Part shown: in pieces, positions 19,428 through 29,189 of the stretch
Numbering within the stretch: the first letter of the stretch is position 1
Layout of the letters: every line of letters begins with the position of its first letter
From: Candidatus Omnitrophota bacterium
GTDB lineage: Bacteria > Omnitrophota > Gorgyraeia > Zapsychrales > Fredricksoniimonadaceae
Assembly: GCA_963828495.1 (NCBI GenBank)
Contig: CAWHFJ010000014.1
Location: forward strand, 105,538 to 169,537
Reading direction: 5' to 3'
DNA: 64,000 nt
Position numbers and translations under genes: made by a program
The notes under the pieces: model-generated
Told to the model about the DNA's origin: nothing
What the model saw: the letters and a program-made list of their open reading frames with translations, nothing else
Database searches by the model: none

Positions 19428-22400
19428 TTGCGCTCTTTTCCTCTTTTGGCTGTTCATCTTCGCCTACCGCTTTTTCCATGCGAATATCCAGACAAAGCCC
19501 TTGCAATTCTTTAACCAAAACGTTGAAAGATTCAGGAATCCCGGGGCTTAACGCCTGTTCCCCTTTGACAATCGCTTCATAAATACGGCTTCGTCCGGTG
19601 ACGTCATCAGATTTGACCGTCAGCATTTCCTGCAAGGTATACGCCGCCCCATAAGCTTCCAGGGCCCAAACTTCCATTTCTCCGAAACGCTGACCACCGA
19701 AATGCGCTTTACCGCCTAACGGCTGCTGGGTTACTAACGAATAAGGCCCAATGGAACGGGCATGGATTTTTTCATCCACTAAATGGTTGAGCTTTAACAT
19801 ATAAATATACCCAACCGTGACCTTCTGCTCCAAAGGCAGCCCGGAAAAGCCATCACGTACAACGGTTTTGCCATCCTCCGGTAAACCCGCTTCTTTAAGC
19901 AACGCACGGATTTCACCCTCGGTCGCACCGTTAAAAACCGGCGTCTCACAATAGAGCCCAAGTAATTTCGCAGCCCAGCCCAAATGGGTTTCCAAAAGCT
20001 GCCCCACATTCATACGCGAAGGCACGCCTAATGGGTTAAGCACCACGTCCACGGAACGACCGTCTTCTAAAAACGGCATGTCCTCTTCCGGCATGATGCG
20101 CGACACAATACCTTTGTTGCCATGACGACCGGCCATTTTATCGCCGACCTGCAATTTGCGCTTGGTGGCCACATACACAACCACGCGCTTGAGTACACCG
20201 GCGGGCAGTTCATCACCCCGGCGGATCCGATCGGTTTCCTGGAGTTCTTCTTCGGTCAGCTCCGCGATTTTGTCTAAATAAAAGGCCATAATTTCACGGC
20301 CTTCCGAGCCTTCTTCAATGTCATCCAGAGTCAATTTACCCACGCGCTTTTTATCGATCCCCAGCGATTTAGACAATTTCTCGTCTTTTTCATGGATAAT
20401 AATATCGATTTCCTGTTTATAGTATTCCCTGATTTTATTGATCGCCGAAGCTTCTTTGGTTTTGTCCTGTTTGGATTTACGGCCGCGTTCGTTGCGTTGA
20501 AAAACTTCCACGTTGACCACGACCCCTTCGATGCCCGGAGACAAAGTCAAGGACGTATCACGCACGTCGGCCGCTTTTTCACCGAAGATGGCCCGCAGGA
20601 GCCTTTCTTCAGGAGATAACTCTTTTTCGCTCTTGGGAGTCACTTTCCCGACAAGAATATCCGTGGCTTTAACTTCCGCTCCCACGCGCACAATACCCTC
20701 TTCGGTCAAATCCTTGAGAGATTCTTCGGCAACATTGGGGATGTCACGGGTGATTTCTTCATTCCCCAAACGGGTCTCGCGGCATTCACATTCAAAACGC
20801 TCGATGTGAATAGAAGTAAAGGCGTCTTCACGCACAATGCGTTCATTGATCAAAATAGCGTCTTCAAAGTTATACCCGCGCCACGGCATGAACGCGACCA
20901 ACGCGTTACGGCCGAGCGCCAAACGGCCATGTTGTGTGCCGATCCCGTCGGCAATCGTTTGGCCGGCTTCCACTTTCTGTCCGAGTTTGACCAACGGACG
21001 CTGATGCACACAGGTATTGGCATTAGAACGCTGAAAATTCTTTAAGGAGTAAACCGTCTTGCCGATCGTCACTTCACGGCCGTCGACTTTAGTCACCGTT
21101 CCAGCTTCATGGGCCAAGACAACAACACCGGAGTCCCGGGCTACTTTCTCTTCCATGCCCGTACCAACAAAGGCCACTTCCGGTATCATCAAAGGCACAG
21201 ACTGGCGCTGCATGTTGGAACCCATCAACGCACGGTTAGCGTCATCATGCTCCAAAAATGGAATTAACGCCGCCGCCACAGAAACCAACTGTTTAGGAGA
21301 AACGTCCATATATTCGACTTTTGCCGGTTTGACTCGGGGGAAATCCCCTTTATAACGGCAGGACACCAGGCTCTCCGTCAATTTACCGTCTTGATCCACC
21401 GCTGAATTGGCCTGCGCGATATATTTGTTCTGGTCCACATCTGCCGTCAGGAATTCAATCTTACGGGAAATTTTGCCATCAACTACTTTGCGGTAAGGTG
21501 TTTCGATAAAACCTAGTTCGTTCACACGGGCACAGGTGGTCAAGGACGCGATCAGCCCGATGTTCGGACCTTCCGGCGTCTCAATAGGACAGACACGGCC
21601 ATAATGGGTCGGATGCACGTCGCGCACTTCGAAACCCGCGCGCTCGCGGCTTAAACCTCCGGGCCCCAAAGCGGACATACGGCGCTTGTGGGTCATTTCG
21701 GAAAGCGGATTGACCTGGTCCATAAATTGCGACAGCTGGCTACGGGCAAAGAAATCCTGGATCTGATTAGAGAAAAGTCTCGAATTGATCAAATGATGCA
21801 CCGTCAAATTCTCAAAAGAACTCATTACAACCAATCGCTCTTTGATCGAACGTTCCAGACGCGCGAGACCTATACGTACCTGATTTTGGATCAACTCACC
21901 GACAGACTTGATACGGCGGTTGCCTAAATGATCAATATCATCACATTCCCCGTTACCTTCACGCAAGGCCACCAAATATTTAATAACCGCAACCACCGTC
22001 TCAATGTCCAGCACGCGGTTGTCCATCGGCACCGTAGTATTTAACTTGCGGTTGACTATGTGACGGCCGACCTTGGAGAGATCATAGCGCTTGGGATCAA
22101 AAAAGAGACGGAAAAACAGAGTTTCAGCCACTTCCACCGTCGCCGGTTCAGTCGGGCGCATCTTACGGTAGAAATCAAGCAAGGCCTCTTCCTTAGTCGT
22201 GGTATGGTCTTTCTCAAGGGTATTTTTTAATTTATCAAAACAGTCCCCTAACATCTTTTGCATATCTTCCAGGGATGAGAGACCCATGATGCGTAATATT
22301 TGAGACGCCGGGAAATTACGGCGGCGGTCCACATAGGCAATCAACACATCATTCAGATCATATTTGATCTCAAACCACGCCCCCCTTGAGGGGATCACAC

Positions 22401-22881
22401 GACCGTAATAAATACTTTTACCTGTCGGATGGGTTTCCTCTTCAAAAGAAACACCCGGCGGACGCTGGATCTGGGAAACAACGACACGCTCATCGCCATT
22501 GATAATAAAAGTCCCCGTATCCGTCATCAGAGGGAAATCACCGAAATAAACTTCCTGTTCTTTGATGTCGACCGGTGTAATCAGGCGTAATTTGACTTTC
22601 AAGGGAGCGGCATAAGTCATCCCTCTGCGCTGGCACTCATAACGGGAATATTTTTCTTTGCCGATATTATAACTGATGTATTCCAGGCGAATCTGCGCAT
22701 CGTAGCTTTCCAGAGGGAAAACTTCGCGGAAAACCTCTTCTAACCCCTGATCCTTGCGCTTGTCCGACAACACGTTTCTTTGCAGAAACTCTTCATAAGA
22801 AAGGGTTTGAATATCAAGAAGCTTGGGCAGTTCGAAATTATCCTGAAACTTACTAAAATCTCTGACTTTTAGCTTTTCCAT
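19420..22881 (-). CDS. rpoB: DNA-directed RNA polymerase subunit beta
   Basis: 1,153 aa. Contains [15 protein letters not shown] and [12 protein letters not shown]. Confidence 0.97.
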   Translation of the reverse strand: MEKLKVRDFSKFQDNFELPKLLDIQTLSYEEFLQRNVLSDKRKDQGLEEVFREVFPLESYDAQIRLEYISYNIGKEKYSRYECQRRGMTYAAPLKVKLRLITPVDIKEQEVYFGDFPLMTDTGTFIINGDERVVVSQIQRPPGVSFEEETHPTGKSIYYGRVIPSRGAWFEIKYDLNDVLIAYVDRRRNFPASQILRIMGLSSLEDMQKMLGDCFDKLKNTLEKDHTTTKEEALLDFYRKMRPTEPATVEVAETLFFRLFFDPKRYDLSKVGRHIVNRKLNTTVPMDNRVLDIETVVAVIKYLVALREGNGECDDIDHLGNRRIKSVGELIQNQVRIGLARLERSIKERLVVMSSFENLTVHHLINSRLFSNQIQDFFARSQLSQFMDQVNPLSEMTHKRRMSALGPGGLSRERAGFEVRDVHPTHYGRVCPIETPEGPNIGLIASLTTCARVNELGFIETPYRKVVDGKISRKIEFLTADVDQNKYIAQANSAVDQDGKLTESLVSCRYKGDFPRVKPAKVEYMDVSPKQLVSVAAALIPFLEHDDANRALMGSNMQRQSVPLMIPEVAFVGTGMEEKVARDSGVVVLAHEAGTVTKVDGREVTIGKTVYSLKNFQRSNANTCVHQRPLVKLGQKVEAGQTIADGIGTQHGRLALGRNALVAFMPWRGYNFEDAILINERIVREDAFTSIHIERFECECRETRLGNEEITRDIPNVAEESLKDLTEEGIVRVGAEVKATDILVGKVTPKSEKELSPEERLLRAIFGEKAADVRDTSLTLSPGIEGVVVNVEVFQRNERGRKSKQDKTKEASAINKIREYYKQEIDIIIHEKDEKLSKSLGIDKKRVGKLTLDDIEEGSEGREIMAFYLDKIAELTEEELQETDRIRRGDELPAGVLKRVVVYVATKRKLQVGDKMAGRHGNKGIVSRIMPEEDMPFLEDGRSVDVVLNPLGVPSRMNVGQLLETHLGWAAKLLGLYCETPVFNGATEGEIRALLKEAGLPEDGKTVVRDGFSGLPLEQKVTVGYIYMLKLNHLVDEKIHARSIGPYSLVTQQPLGGKAHFGGQRFGEMEVWALEAYGAAYTLQEMLTVKSDDVTGRSRIYEAIVKGEQALSPGIPESFNVLVKELQGLCLDIRMEKAVGEDEQPKEEKSANE

Positions 22882-22899
22882 ATGGTCCCGTCAATAATC

Positions 22900-22924
22900 A
22901 AAAGATGATATAAAATCATCTTTT
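22900..22924 (-). promoter_or_regulatory. AU-rich hairpin in the rplL-rpoB spacer (possible attenuator)
   Basis: AAAAGATGA (22900-22908) pairs with TCATCTTTT (22916-22924): a 9-bp perfect stem with a 7-nt loop. On the mRNA strand the 3' arm runs into UUUUGAUUAUU, 18 nt upstream of the rpoB ATG. Confidence 0.4.
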
Positions 22925-22937
22925 GGTTTTAGGTTAG

Positions 22938-22991
22938 AGATCCTTCGGCAGTTGCCTAAAGGCATGACATTCAACATTTCGTTGAACGTCA
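22938..22991 (-). promoter_or_regulatory. two-hairpin intergenic RNA element, copy B (covers the rplL UGA stop)
   Basis: The mRNA strand reads UGACGUUCAAC-GAAAU-GUUGAAUGUCA, an 11-bp stem that includes the stop codon. It is followed by UGCCUUUAGGCAACUGCCGAAGGAUCU. This is a paralogue of the element at 11003-11053. Confidence 0.55.
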
Positions 22992-23396
22992 CTTCAGCTC
23001 GACTTTAGCACCGGCAGCTTCAAGTTTTTTCTTAAGCTCTTCCGCTTCGGCTTTAGGAACAGATTCCTTAACGGTCTTAGGCGCTGATTCCACCAATGTT
23101 TTGGCTTCAGCCAAACCTAAATTAGTGACCGCGCGCACCTCTTTAATAACACCGATCTTTTTGGCAGGATCAACTTCCTTCAAAATGACATCAAAGGATG
23201 TTTTTTCCTCAACCGGTGCGGCAGCGGCAGCAGCTCCTGCGCCCGCAGCGACGGCCATAGGGGCCGCAGCCTGAATCCCAAGCCTGTCTTCCATGGCTTT
23301 GACCAACTCGGCTAACTCCAAGACGGTCAAACCAGTGACTTCCTTGTAAATCCCCTCTAATTTGGGGGCTAATTCTTTAACGGCTGTGTCAGACAT
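22989..23396 (-). CDS. rplL: 50S ribosomal protein L7/L12
   Basis: 135 aa. Has an Ala-rich hinge and ends ..[11 protein letters not shown]. Confidence 0.96.
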   Translation of the reverse strand: MSDTAVKELAPKLEGIYKEVTGLTVLELAELVKAMEDRLGIQAAAPMAVAAGAGAAAAAAPVEEKTSFDVILKEVDPAKKIGVIKEVRAVTNLGLAEAKTLVESAPKTVKESVPKAEAEELKKKLEAAGAKVELK

Positions 23397-23398
23397 CT

Positions 23399-23893
23399 TT
23401 ACTTCCCTCCCTTTTCACTTTTCTGTTTTAAAATGGACATGAAATCACGTGTTTTGGCATTGAGCGCACCGGCAAAACGGGTCACGGGCGCTGACATCGT
23501 ACCCAAAAGTTTTGCCAACAACACTTCACGCGACGGCAGACTAGACAACGTATGGATCTGGTCTTCGCTCAAAATAACTCCGTTGAGCACGCCGCCACGA
23601 ACGACAAAACCTTGATAGTCTTTCGCAAATTTAACAAGAACTTTGGAAACTTCGGACGCATCCGCATCACTTAATATCAACGCCATCTGGCCTTCGATAC
23701 GATTAACCAAATCTTCGTATTGGGCCTCTTTAAACGCGATACGCGCCACCGATGATTTAGAAACCAAAACTTCAGCTTTTTTGCGCTTTAAATCCTTGCG
23801 CAGAATATTCATTTTAGCGGAAGAAATACCGCGGTAAGAAACCACAAAAGCGCTGGATTTCTTAGAAACGCCTTCCTTGACCGATGCAGCCAT
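23399..23893 (-). CDS. rplJ: 50S ribosomal protein L10
   Basis: 164 aa. Contains ..[30 protein letters not shown]... Lies between rplA and rplL. Confidence 0.93.
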   Translation of the reverse strand: MAASVKEGVSKKSSAFVVSYRGISSAKMNILRKDLKRKKAEVLVSKSSVARIAFKEAQYEDLVNRIEGQMALILSDADASEVSKVLVKFAKDYQGFVVRGGVLNGVILSEDQIHTLSSLPSREVLLAKLLGTMSAPVTRFAGALNAKTRDFMSILKQKSEKGGK

Positions 23894-23920
23894 TCTTGTT
23901 CTATAAAGCGTGACCTACTT

Positions 23921-24601
23921 TCATAGTGCCACCTTCACGCCAGGCCCCATAGTTGTTGCCAGGGCTAAACTTTTAATTAAATTACCTTTAACCGCCGAGG
24001 GTTTAGCATGATTGACAGCCTCAATGACATACTGAGCATTTTCTACCAGCTTATTCTCGTCGAAGGAACGTTTACCGATCCCTAAATGAATGCCACCCTG
24101 CTTGTCAGATTTAAACTCGACACGGCCGGCTTTGACTTCCCTAATAGCACGTTCCACATCAGCCGTTACAGTACCCGCCTTGGGAGTGGGCATAAGTCCA
24201 CGGGGACCCAGCACTTTCCCTAACTTGCTTAAGTCACGCATCATATCAGGGCTGGCCACCACTACGTCAAAATCCATAAACCCGCCCATCACTTTCTCGA
24301 TAAGATCATTGTCCCCGACATAATCCGCCCCTGCCGCTTGGGCACGGGCTGCAACATCCCCCTTACAGAAAACAGCCACCTTGACCTTTTTACCGATACC
24401 GTGCGGAAGCACAACGGTACCGCGCACGCCCTGGTCTGAGGCTTTTAAATCCAAATTGAGATTAAAATGCAGTTCAACGGTTTCATCAAATTTGACTTTA
24501 GGCGCACGGGCCAAGCAGTTAACCGCTTCCTGCAAAGGAAGAGGTTTTTCTATTGTGCCGATGGCCTTATGAACTTCTTTCATTCTTTTGCTAAGTTTCA
24601 T
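23921..24601 (-). CDS. rplA: 50S ribosomal protein L1
   Basis: 226 aa. Contains KFDETVELHFNLNLD and GPRGLMP. Confidence 0.96.
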   Translation of the reverse strand: MKLSKRMKEVHKAIGTIEKPLPLQEAVNCLARAPKVKFDETVELHFNLNLDLKASDQGVRGTVVLPHGIGKKVKVAVFCKGDVAARAQAAGADYVGDNDLIEKVMGGFMDFDVVVASPDMMRDLSKLGKVLGPRGLMPTPKAGTVTADVERAIREVKAGRVEFKSDKQGGIHLGIGKRSFDENKLVENAQYVIEAVNHAKPSAVKGNLIKSLALATTMGPGVKVAL

Positions 24602-24605
24602 AAGC

Positions 24606-25031
24606 TTATCCTTTGACCTCTATACCCATGGAACGGGCTGTACCGACGATGGTGGCAATCGCCTGCTTCATATCAATGGTATTTAAATCATCCATTTTCA
24701 TTTTGGCGATTTCTTCAACTTGCTTAACCGTCAAAGAACCGATGATTTCTTTGCCGGTGGTGCCGGACGCTTTCGCCAATTTAGCGCTTTTTTTAATCAA
24801 TGCCGAAGTCGGAGGCGTTTTGATGATAAAATCAAATGATTTATCCTTGTACACCGTAATAACGACAGGCAAAGGTAAAGGGTCACGGCCCTTGGTTTTG
24901 TCGTTAAAAGACTTGCAAAACATCATGATGTTGACACCATGCTGGCCTAAGGCCGGCCCGACCGGAGGCGCCGGGTTTGCCTGACCGGCGGGAACATATA
25001 ATTTGATTTGAGCGACAGCTTCTTTTGCCAT
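24606..25031 (-). CDS. rplK: 50S ribosomal protein L11
   Basis: 141 aa. Contains [30 protein letters not shown]. Confidence 0.96.
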   Translation of the reverse strand: MAKEAVAQIKLYVPAGQANPAPPVGPALGQHGVNIMMFCKSFNDKTKGRDPLPLPVVITVYKDKSFDFIIKTPPTSALIKKSAKLAKASGTTGKEIIGSLTVKQVEEIAKMKMDDLNTIDMKQAIATIVGTARSMGIEVKG

Positions 25032-25043
25032 ATAAATTCCGTG

Positions 25044-25568
25044 TTAAATTTTCTCCACCTGCCAATATTCGAGTTCCACGAGGGTGGAACGTCCGAAAAT
25101 AGACACACTGACTTTTAATTTACCGCGATCCGGATAAACTTCCATGACCGAACCGTTAAAATTCGCGAAAGGACCCTGCCCGATGCGAATCGCCTCACCC
25201 ACCTCAAAGACAATCTTCGGAGAAGGTTTGGTCTCAGTTTCCTGCGTACGCTTGAGGATATTGTCCACCTCGATCTCGGTCAGAGGTTGAGGCTGTCGCC
25301 CCGGGCCGATAAAACCGGTAATCCCTGGTGTCGTTTTAACCAGATACCAGCTTTCCTTGGTCATTTCCATCTTAATCAAAAGGTAGCCCGGAAAGAATTT
25401 GCGGCTGGTAATCCGTTTTTTCCCGCCGCGTACTTCGGAAACCTGCTCGGTCGGGACAACCACCTCTTCAACAAATTTCTTTAATTCTGTCGTGGCGATA
25501 CGGCTTTCGAGTCCAGCTCTTGCGCGCTCTTCTGCCCCTGTTTGCGTATGAACAACATACCATTTCAT
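25044..25568 (-). CDS. nusG: transcription termination/antitermination factor NusG
   Basis: 174 aa. MKWYVVHTQTGAEERA marks the NGN domain, followed by a C-terminal KOW domain. Lies downstream of secE. Confidence 0.95.
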   Translation of the reverse strand: MKWYVVHTQTGAEERARAGLESRIATTELKKFVEEVVVPTEQVSEVRGGKKRITSRKFFPGYLLIKMEMTKESWYLVKTTPGITGFIGPGRQPQPLTEIEVDNILKRTQETETKPSPKIVFEVGEAIRIGQGPFANFNGSVMEVYPDRGKLKVSVSIFGRSTLVELEYWQVEKI

Positions 25569-25570
25569 AA

Positions 25571-25756
25571 TTATTTGATAATTACCGCGACGCCTTTAGA
25601 AAAAACGAAGTCGATAATCCCCACAAAAAAACCCAATAAAAAAGAACTTAAAATAACAATCAACGTCGAATCCACCAGCTCGCGGCGGGTGGACCAGGAG
25701 ACTTTTCTCATCTCCGCGAAAACTTCACTGATAAATTTTTGTATTTTGGTAATCAT
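25571..25756 (-). CDS. secE: preprotein translocase subunit SecE
   Basis: 61 aa from the ATG at 25756 (MITKIQKFISEVFAEMRKVSW), with a single TM segment. The longer track ORF (to 25798) would overlap tRNA-Trp. Confidence 0.88.
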   Translation of the reverse strand: MITKIQKFISEVFAEMRKVSWSTRRELVDSTLIVILSSFLLGFFVGIIDFVFSKGVAVIIK

Positions 25757-25771
25757 TATGCAAAAATACAA

Positions 25772-25845
25772 CAGGCCTGGGAGGAATCGAACCTCCAACG
25801 CACGGTTTTGGAGACCGTCGCTCTACCAATTGGAGCTACAGGCCT
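25772..25845 (-). tRNA. trnW: tRNA-Trp (anticodon CCA)
   Basis: 74-nt cloverleaf folded by hand. Acceptor stem AGGCCTG/CAGGCCT. D stem GCTC/GAGC. Anticodon arm ACGGT-CTCCAAA-ACCGT. T arm GGAGG-TTCGATT-CCTCC. No encoded CCA. Confidence 0.93.
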
Positions 25846-25897
25846 AATATTCCCTATTGCTTCGGCTTCATTAGCCTATGCTAAGGCCGTGCTATTG

Positions 25898-26050
25898 CTA
25901 TTTTTTTGTCTCTTTATGTAACACGTGTTTACGGCAAAAAGGACAAAATTTCTTTAACTCCAGGCGCTCTGGTTTTTGTTTCTTGTCTTTAGTACTGTTG
26001 TAATTAATGCGATTGCACTCGGTGCACTGAAAATGAATTGTCTCGCGCAT
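25898..26050 (-). CDS. rpmG: 50S ribosomal protein L33
   Basis: 50 aa from the ATG at 26050: [50 protein letters not shown], with two CxxC pairs. The track ORF extends 18 codons further upstream. Confidence 0.9.
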   Translation of the reverse strand: MRETIHFQCTECNRINYNSTKDKKQKPERLELKKFCPFCRKHVLHKETKK

Positions 26051-26124
26051 ATCTATTTCTGATTCCTTGCGCTCCCCCGTTGGCCCTGCTATAAACGGAG
26101 TCACAGAAGATTTGTATTAAAAGA

Positions 26125-26197
26125 AGCCCCCGAGCGGTTTTGAACCGCTGGCCTCGTCCTTACCAAGGACGTGCTCTACCAACTGAGCTACAGGGGC
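26125..26197 (-). tRNA. trnT: tRNA-Thr (anticodon GGT)
   Basis: 73-nt cloverleaf folded by hand. Acceptor stem GCCCCTG/CGGGGGC (one G-U pair). D stem GCTC/GAGC. Anticodon arm CGTCC-TTGGTAA-GGACG. T arm AGCGG-TTCAAAA-CCGCT. Confidence 0.93.
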
Positions 26198-26270
26198 AGC
26201 ATATCCGGCCGCCTGTCATGCACATCGTTGTCGCGCCTAACTTAAAATCAGGCCAAAATAATGAACTTGA

Positions 26271-26299
26271 AGTATATCCGCAGAAGAAAATATTGTCAA
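26271..26299 (-). promoter_or_regulatory. sigma-70-type promoter upstream of tRNA-Thr/rpmG/tRNA-Trp/secE/nusG
   Basis: The minus strand reads TTGACA (26299-26294), a 17-nt spacer, then TATACT (26276-26271). An A/T-rich tract lies upstream. The promoter is about 70 nt upstream of the tRNA-Thr 5' end. Confidence 0.6.
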
Positions 26300-26313
26300 G
26301 AATATTTTTTAGA

Positions 26314-27501
26314 TTATTTGAGTTTTAAAAAACGCCTTTTCCCGACCTTCAAAACCCCTGGAATGACAAACCAATTCTCATCTTCAATGACTTGTCCTTC
26401 ATGGGTCACGGCTTTTTCTTTAAGCAAACGGCGGCCCTCATTCTTAGTGGCCACTATTTTTGTAACTGCCAATATATCAATAAGTTTTTCCCCTGGCACA
26501 ATTTTATGTTCCGGAATATCTTTTGGAATTTGGTGCTGGCTAAATGTTTTTTCAAAATGCTCACGTGCGCTATGCCCTTCGGCTTTGGGATAAAACATTT
26601 CCACCACCCTCTGGCCCAACTGCAATTTCGCTTCTTTAGGGTGCATTTTTTTAACCGCGTCTAAATCGGCTTCCGTAAGGATCTCATAATAACGCAGCAT
26701 CAACTCATCGCTGATCGACATGATTTTGCCAAAAATCTCATCAGGCTCATCATTAATACCAATGGTGTTGCCCAAAGACTTGCTCATTTTATTAATGCCA
26801 TCCGTGCCTTCCAACAAAGGCGTCATCAGCACGACCTGTGGTTTTTGACCGTACGCCTCCTGCAACTGCCGGCCCATCAGTAAATTAAATTTCTGATCGC
26901 TGCCTCCCAATTCCACATCGGCCTTCAAATGCACGGAATCATAACCTTGCAGAAGAGGATAAATAAACTCCAGCAAACTGATTTCTTTGGCCGTTTCAAA
27001 ACGTTTTTTAAAATCCGCGCGGGCCAGCATCTGGGCCACCGTCAAATGCGCAGACAATTCCAGTAAATCCTGGGGGGTAAGTTTATTAAGCCAGCGGCTG
27101 TTAAATACGACTTCGGTTTTTTTAGGATCGAGGATTTTAAAAACTTGGGCCTCGTAGGTGCGGGCATTCTTCTGAATATCCGCCATGGACATTTTCTTGC
27201 GCAGTTCATTACGCCCCGTGGGGTCTCCCACCTGGGCCGTAAAGTCCCCGATCAAAAAAATCACCCGGTGTCCCAAATCCTGGAACTGTTTCATTTTACG
27301 CAGCAAAACCGTATGGCCTAAATGAATATCCGGTGCGGTAGGGTCAAAACCAGCTTTAATAACTAAGGAGCGGCCTTCTTTGAGTTTGGCCTCAAGGTCA
27401 CCCAAGCTGATGATTTCAGTGGTGCCGCGGGAAAGCTTATGGAGGGCATCTTGAATGGACATAGGAAGAAAGTAATAAGTGACTGAATGACCGCTCGCCA
27501 T
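26314..27501 (-). CDS. tyrS: tyrosine--tRNA ligase
   Basis: 395 aa. HLGH (HIGH) and KMSKS motifs, the class-[14 protein letters not shown] motif, and a C-terminal S4-like domain. An alternative start is the ATG at 27462 ([10 protein letters not shown]). Confidence 0.94.
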   Translation of the reverse strand: MASGHSVTYYFLPMSIQDALHKLSRGTTEIISLGDLEAKLKEGRSLVIKAGFDPTAPDIHLGHTVLLRKMKQFQDLGHRVIFLIGDFTAQVGDPTGRNELRKKMSMADIQKNARTYEAQVFKILDPKKTEVVFNSRWLNKLTPQDLLELSAHLTVAQMLARADFKKRFETAKEISLLEFIYPLLQGYDSVHLKADVELGGSDQKFNLLMGRQLQEAYGQKPQVVLMTPLLEGTDGINKMSKSLGNTIGINDEPDEIFGKIMSISDELMLRYYEILTEADLDAVKKMHPKEAKLQLGQRVVEMFYPKAEGHSAREHFEKTFSQHQIPKDIPEHKIVPGEKLIDILAVTKIVATKNEGRRLLKEKAVTHEGQVIEDENWFVIPGVLKVGKRRFLKLK

Positions 27502-27531
27502 TTAATAAATGGGCAGACTGTCACCTTTATT

Positions 27532-29076
27532 TTATAATCTAGCACTGACGCCGATTTTCATGCCTTCGACATCAACTTTAATGATTTTCACCTGAAGCTT
27601 ATCACCGGCCTTAAGTGCCGCGGCCTGGGTCTTGTCAATTTCCGAAGAATAAACCAAAGCCTCGATATCATCTTCCAATTTCACAAAAACCCCGAAATTA
27701 GAATTCATGATAACTACCGATGGCACAACAGCCCCCACCGGAAATTTCTCAGCAATGCTATTCCAGGGATTAGCCTGTAACTGTTTGAGCCCCAAAGTAA
27801 TCTTATGAGCTTCCGCTTCCACAGACAGGACGCTCACCTGGACTTCCTGGCCCTTTTGAACAACCTCCTGAGGATGATTGATCTTTTTGGTCCAGGACAT
27901 ATCAGAGACATGGATCATGCCTTCTAACCCATTGCCTAATTCTACGAAAGCCCCATAATCCGTAAATCCGCGGACAATACCTTTGACCGTGGAGCCAACA
28001 GTAAATTTAGCTGCGGCCCCACTCCAAGGATTCTCCTCCAGCTGTTTCATGCTTAAAGAAATACGCTTGGCATCTTTGTCCACATTGATCACCTGCACTT
28101 CAATGACATCCCCTAATTTAAACATTTCCTGAGGATTGACCATTTTCTTCTGCCAGGTGATTTCGGAAGAATGCAAAAGCCCTTCAATGCCTTTGTCGAT
28201 CTCAATAAAGACACCGTAAGGCATAATATTGACAACCTTACCCTTAATACGGGCACCCGGAGGGAATTTGGCTACCGACTCATCCCAGGGATTAGAGGTG
28301 ATCTGTTTGAGCCCCAAAGAAACTTTGGAATTGTCCTTGTCAAAATCCAGGATCAAAACCTCAAGCTTCTGTCCGACGGAAACGATCTCAGAAGGATGGT
28401 TAATACGGCTCCAGCTCATATCCGTAATATGCAAAAGCCCGTCCACACCGCCTAAATCAATGAAAGCCCCGAAATCGGTGATCCCCTTGACCGTACCGCG
28501 GCGTTTTTGGCCTTTTTTAAGCTCTGCCCACAGTTTTTCGCGCACTTCTTCCCTTTCCTTCTGCACCATTTCACGACGGGAAAGGATCAGATTACGGCGC
28601 TGTTTGTTCATCTTGGCTACAACAAATTTGTAATTGTGGGCGGTGATGTCATGATTAGACAAACCTTTGAAAGCGGACAAAGACATCGGTAAAAATGCCT
28701 CGATACCAAAAACATCGACGATATAACCGCCCTTGACCGCGCGCATGACCCGGCCTTCAAGGATGTCACCTTCGTTGATATCATCAGAAATTTTCTGCCA
28801 GCCTTTAAGGCGCTCGGCCTTCGCGTAAGACAGAATCAACCGGCCGTTGTCATCCTCAATATTCTCGATTAAAACCTCAATCGACTGCCCTATGGCTAAT
28901 TCAGCGGGGGCGCGGAATTCCTCAATAGGAACGAACCCTTCAGACTTAAAGCCAATGTCAACGATGACCTCCTTAGGAGTAATCGCCGCAATGGTCCCTT
29001 TGGATACCTCGCCTTCCTTAATATCCTTCAAGGTGCTGGCGTACAACTCTTCCATCAATGATCTTTCTGCATCCAT
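27532..29076 (-). CDS. rpsA: 30S ribosomal protein S1
   Basis: 514 aa made of six repeated S1/OB units (for example G.V.G.V..I..FGAFV.L..G..GL.H.S). Confidence 0.94.
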   Translation of the reverse strand: MDAERSLMEELYASTLKDIKEGEVSKGTIAAITPKEVIVDIGFKSEGFVPIEEFRAPAELAIGQSIEVLIENIEDDNGRLILSYAKAERLKGWQKISDDINEGDILEGRVMRAVKGGYIVDVFGIEAFLPMSLSAFKGLSNHDITAHNYKFVVAKMNKQRRNLILSRREMVQKEREEVREKLWAELKKGQKRRGTVKGITDFGAFIDLGGVDGLLHITDMSWSRINHPSEIVSVGQKLEVLILDFDKDNSKVSLGLKQITSNPWDESVAKFPPGARIKGKVVNIMPYGVFIEIDKGIEGLLHSSEITWQKKMVNPQEMFKLGDVIEVQVINVDKDAKRISLSMKQLEENPWSGAAAKFTVGSTVKGIVRGFTDYGAFVELGNGLEGMIHVSDMSWTKKINHPQEVVQKGQEVQVSVLSVEAEAHKITLGLKQLQANPWNSIAEKFPVGAVVPSVVIMNSNFGVFVKLEDDIEALVYSSEIDKTQAAALKAGDKLQVKIIKVDVEGMKIGVSARL

Positions 29077-29138
29077 GGATTTAAAACCTTCTTTCTTTCA
29101 ATCGGAATTCTTTGTGCGACCTTCCCACAAAGTCTGGT

Positions 29139-29167
29139 AATTATGCCAAAAAGACCCCAAATGTCAA
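29139..29167 (-). promoter_or_regulatory. sigma-70-type promoter for rpsA
   Basis: The minus strand reads TTGACA (29167-29162), a 17-nt spacer, then ATAATT (29144-29139). The predicted 5' UTR contains a 7-bp hairpin, CTTTGTG/CACAAAG, at 29110-29132. Confidence 0.55.
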
Positions 29168-29189
29168 TGAAATTTTTTTAAAAGAGAAA

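Noticed and set aside
25571-25798. 75-aa version of the secE ORF.
   Set aside because: Its first 14 codons overlap the tRNA-Trp gene (25772-25845). The ATG at 25756 gives a normal 61-aa SecE.
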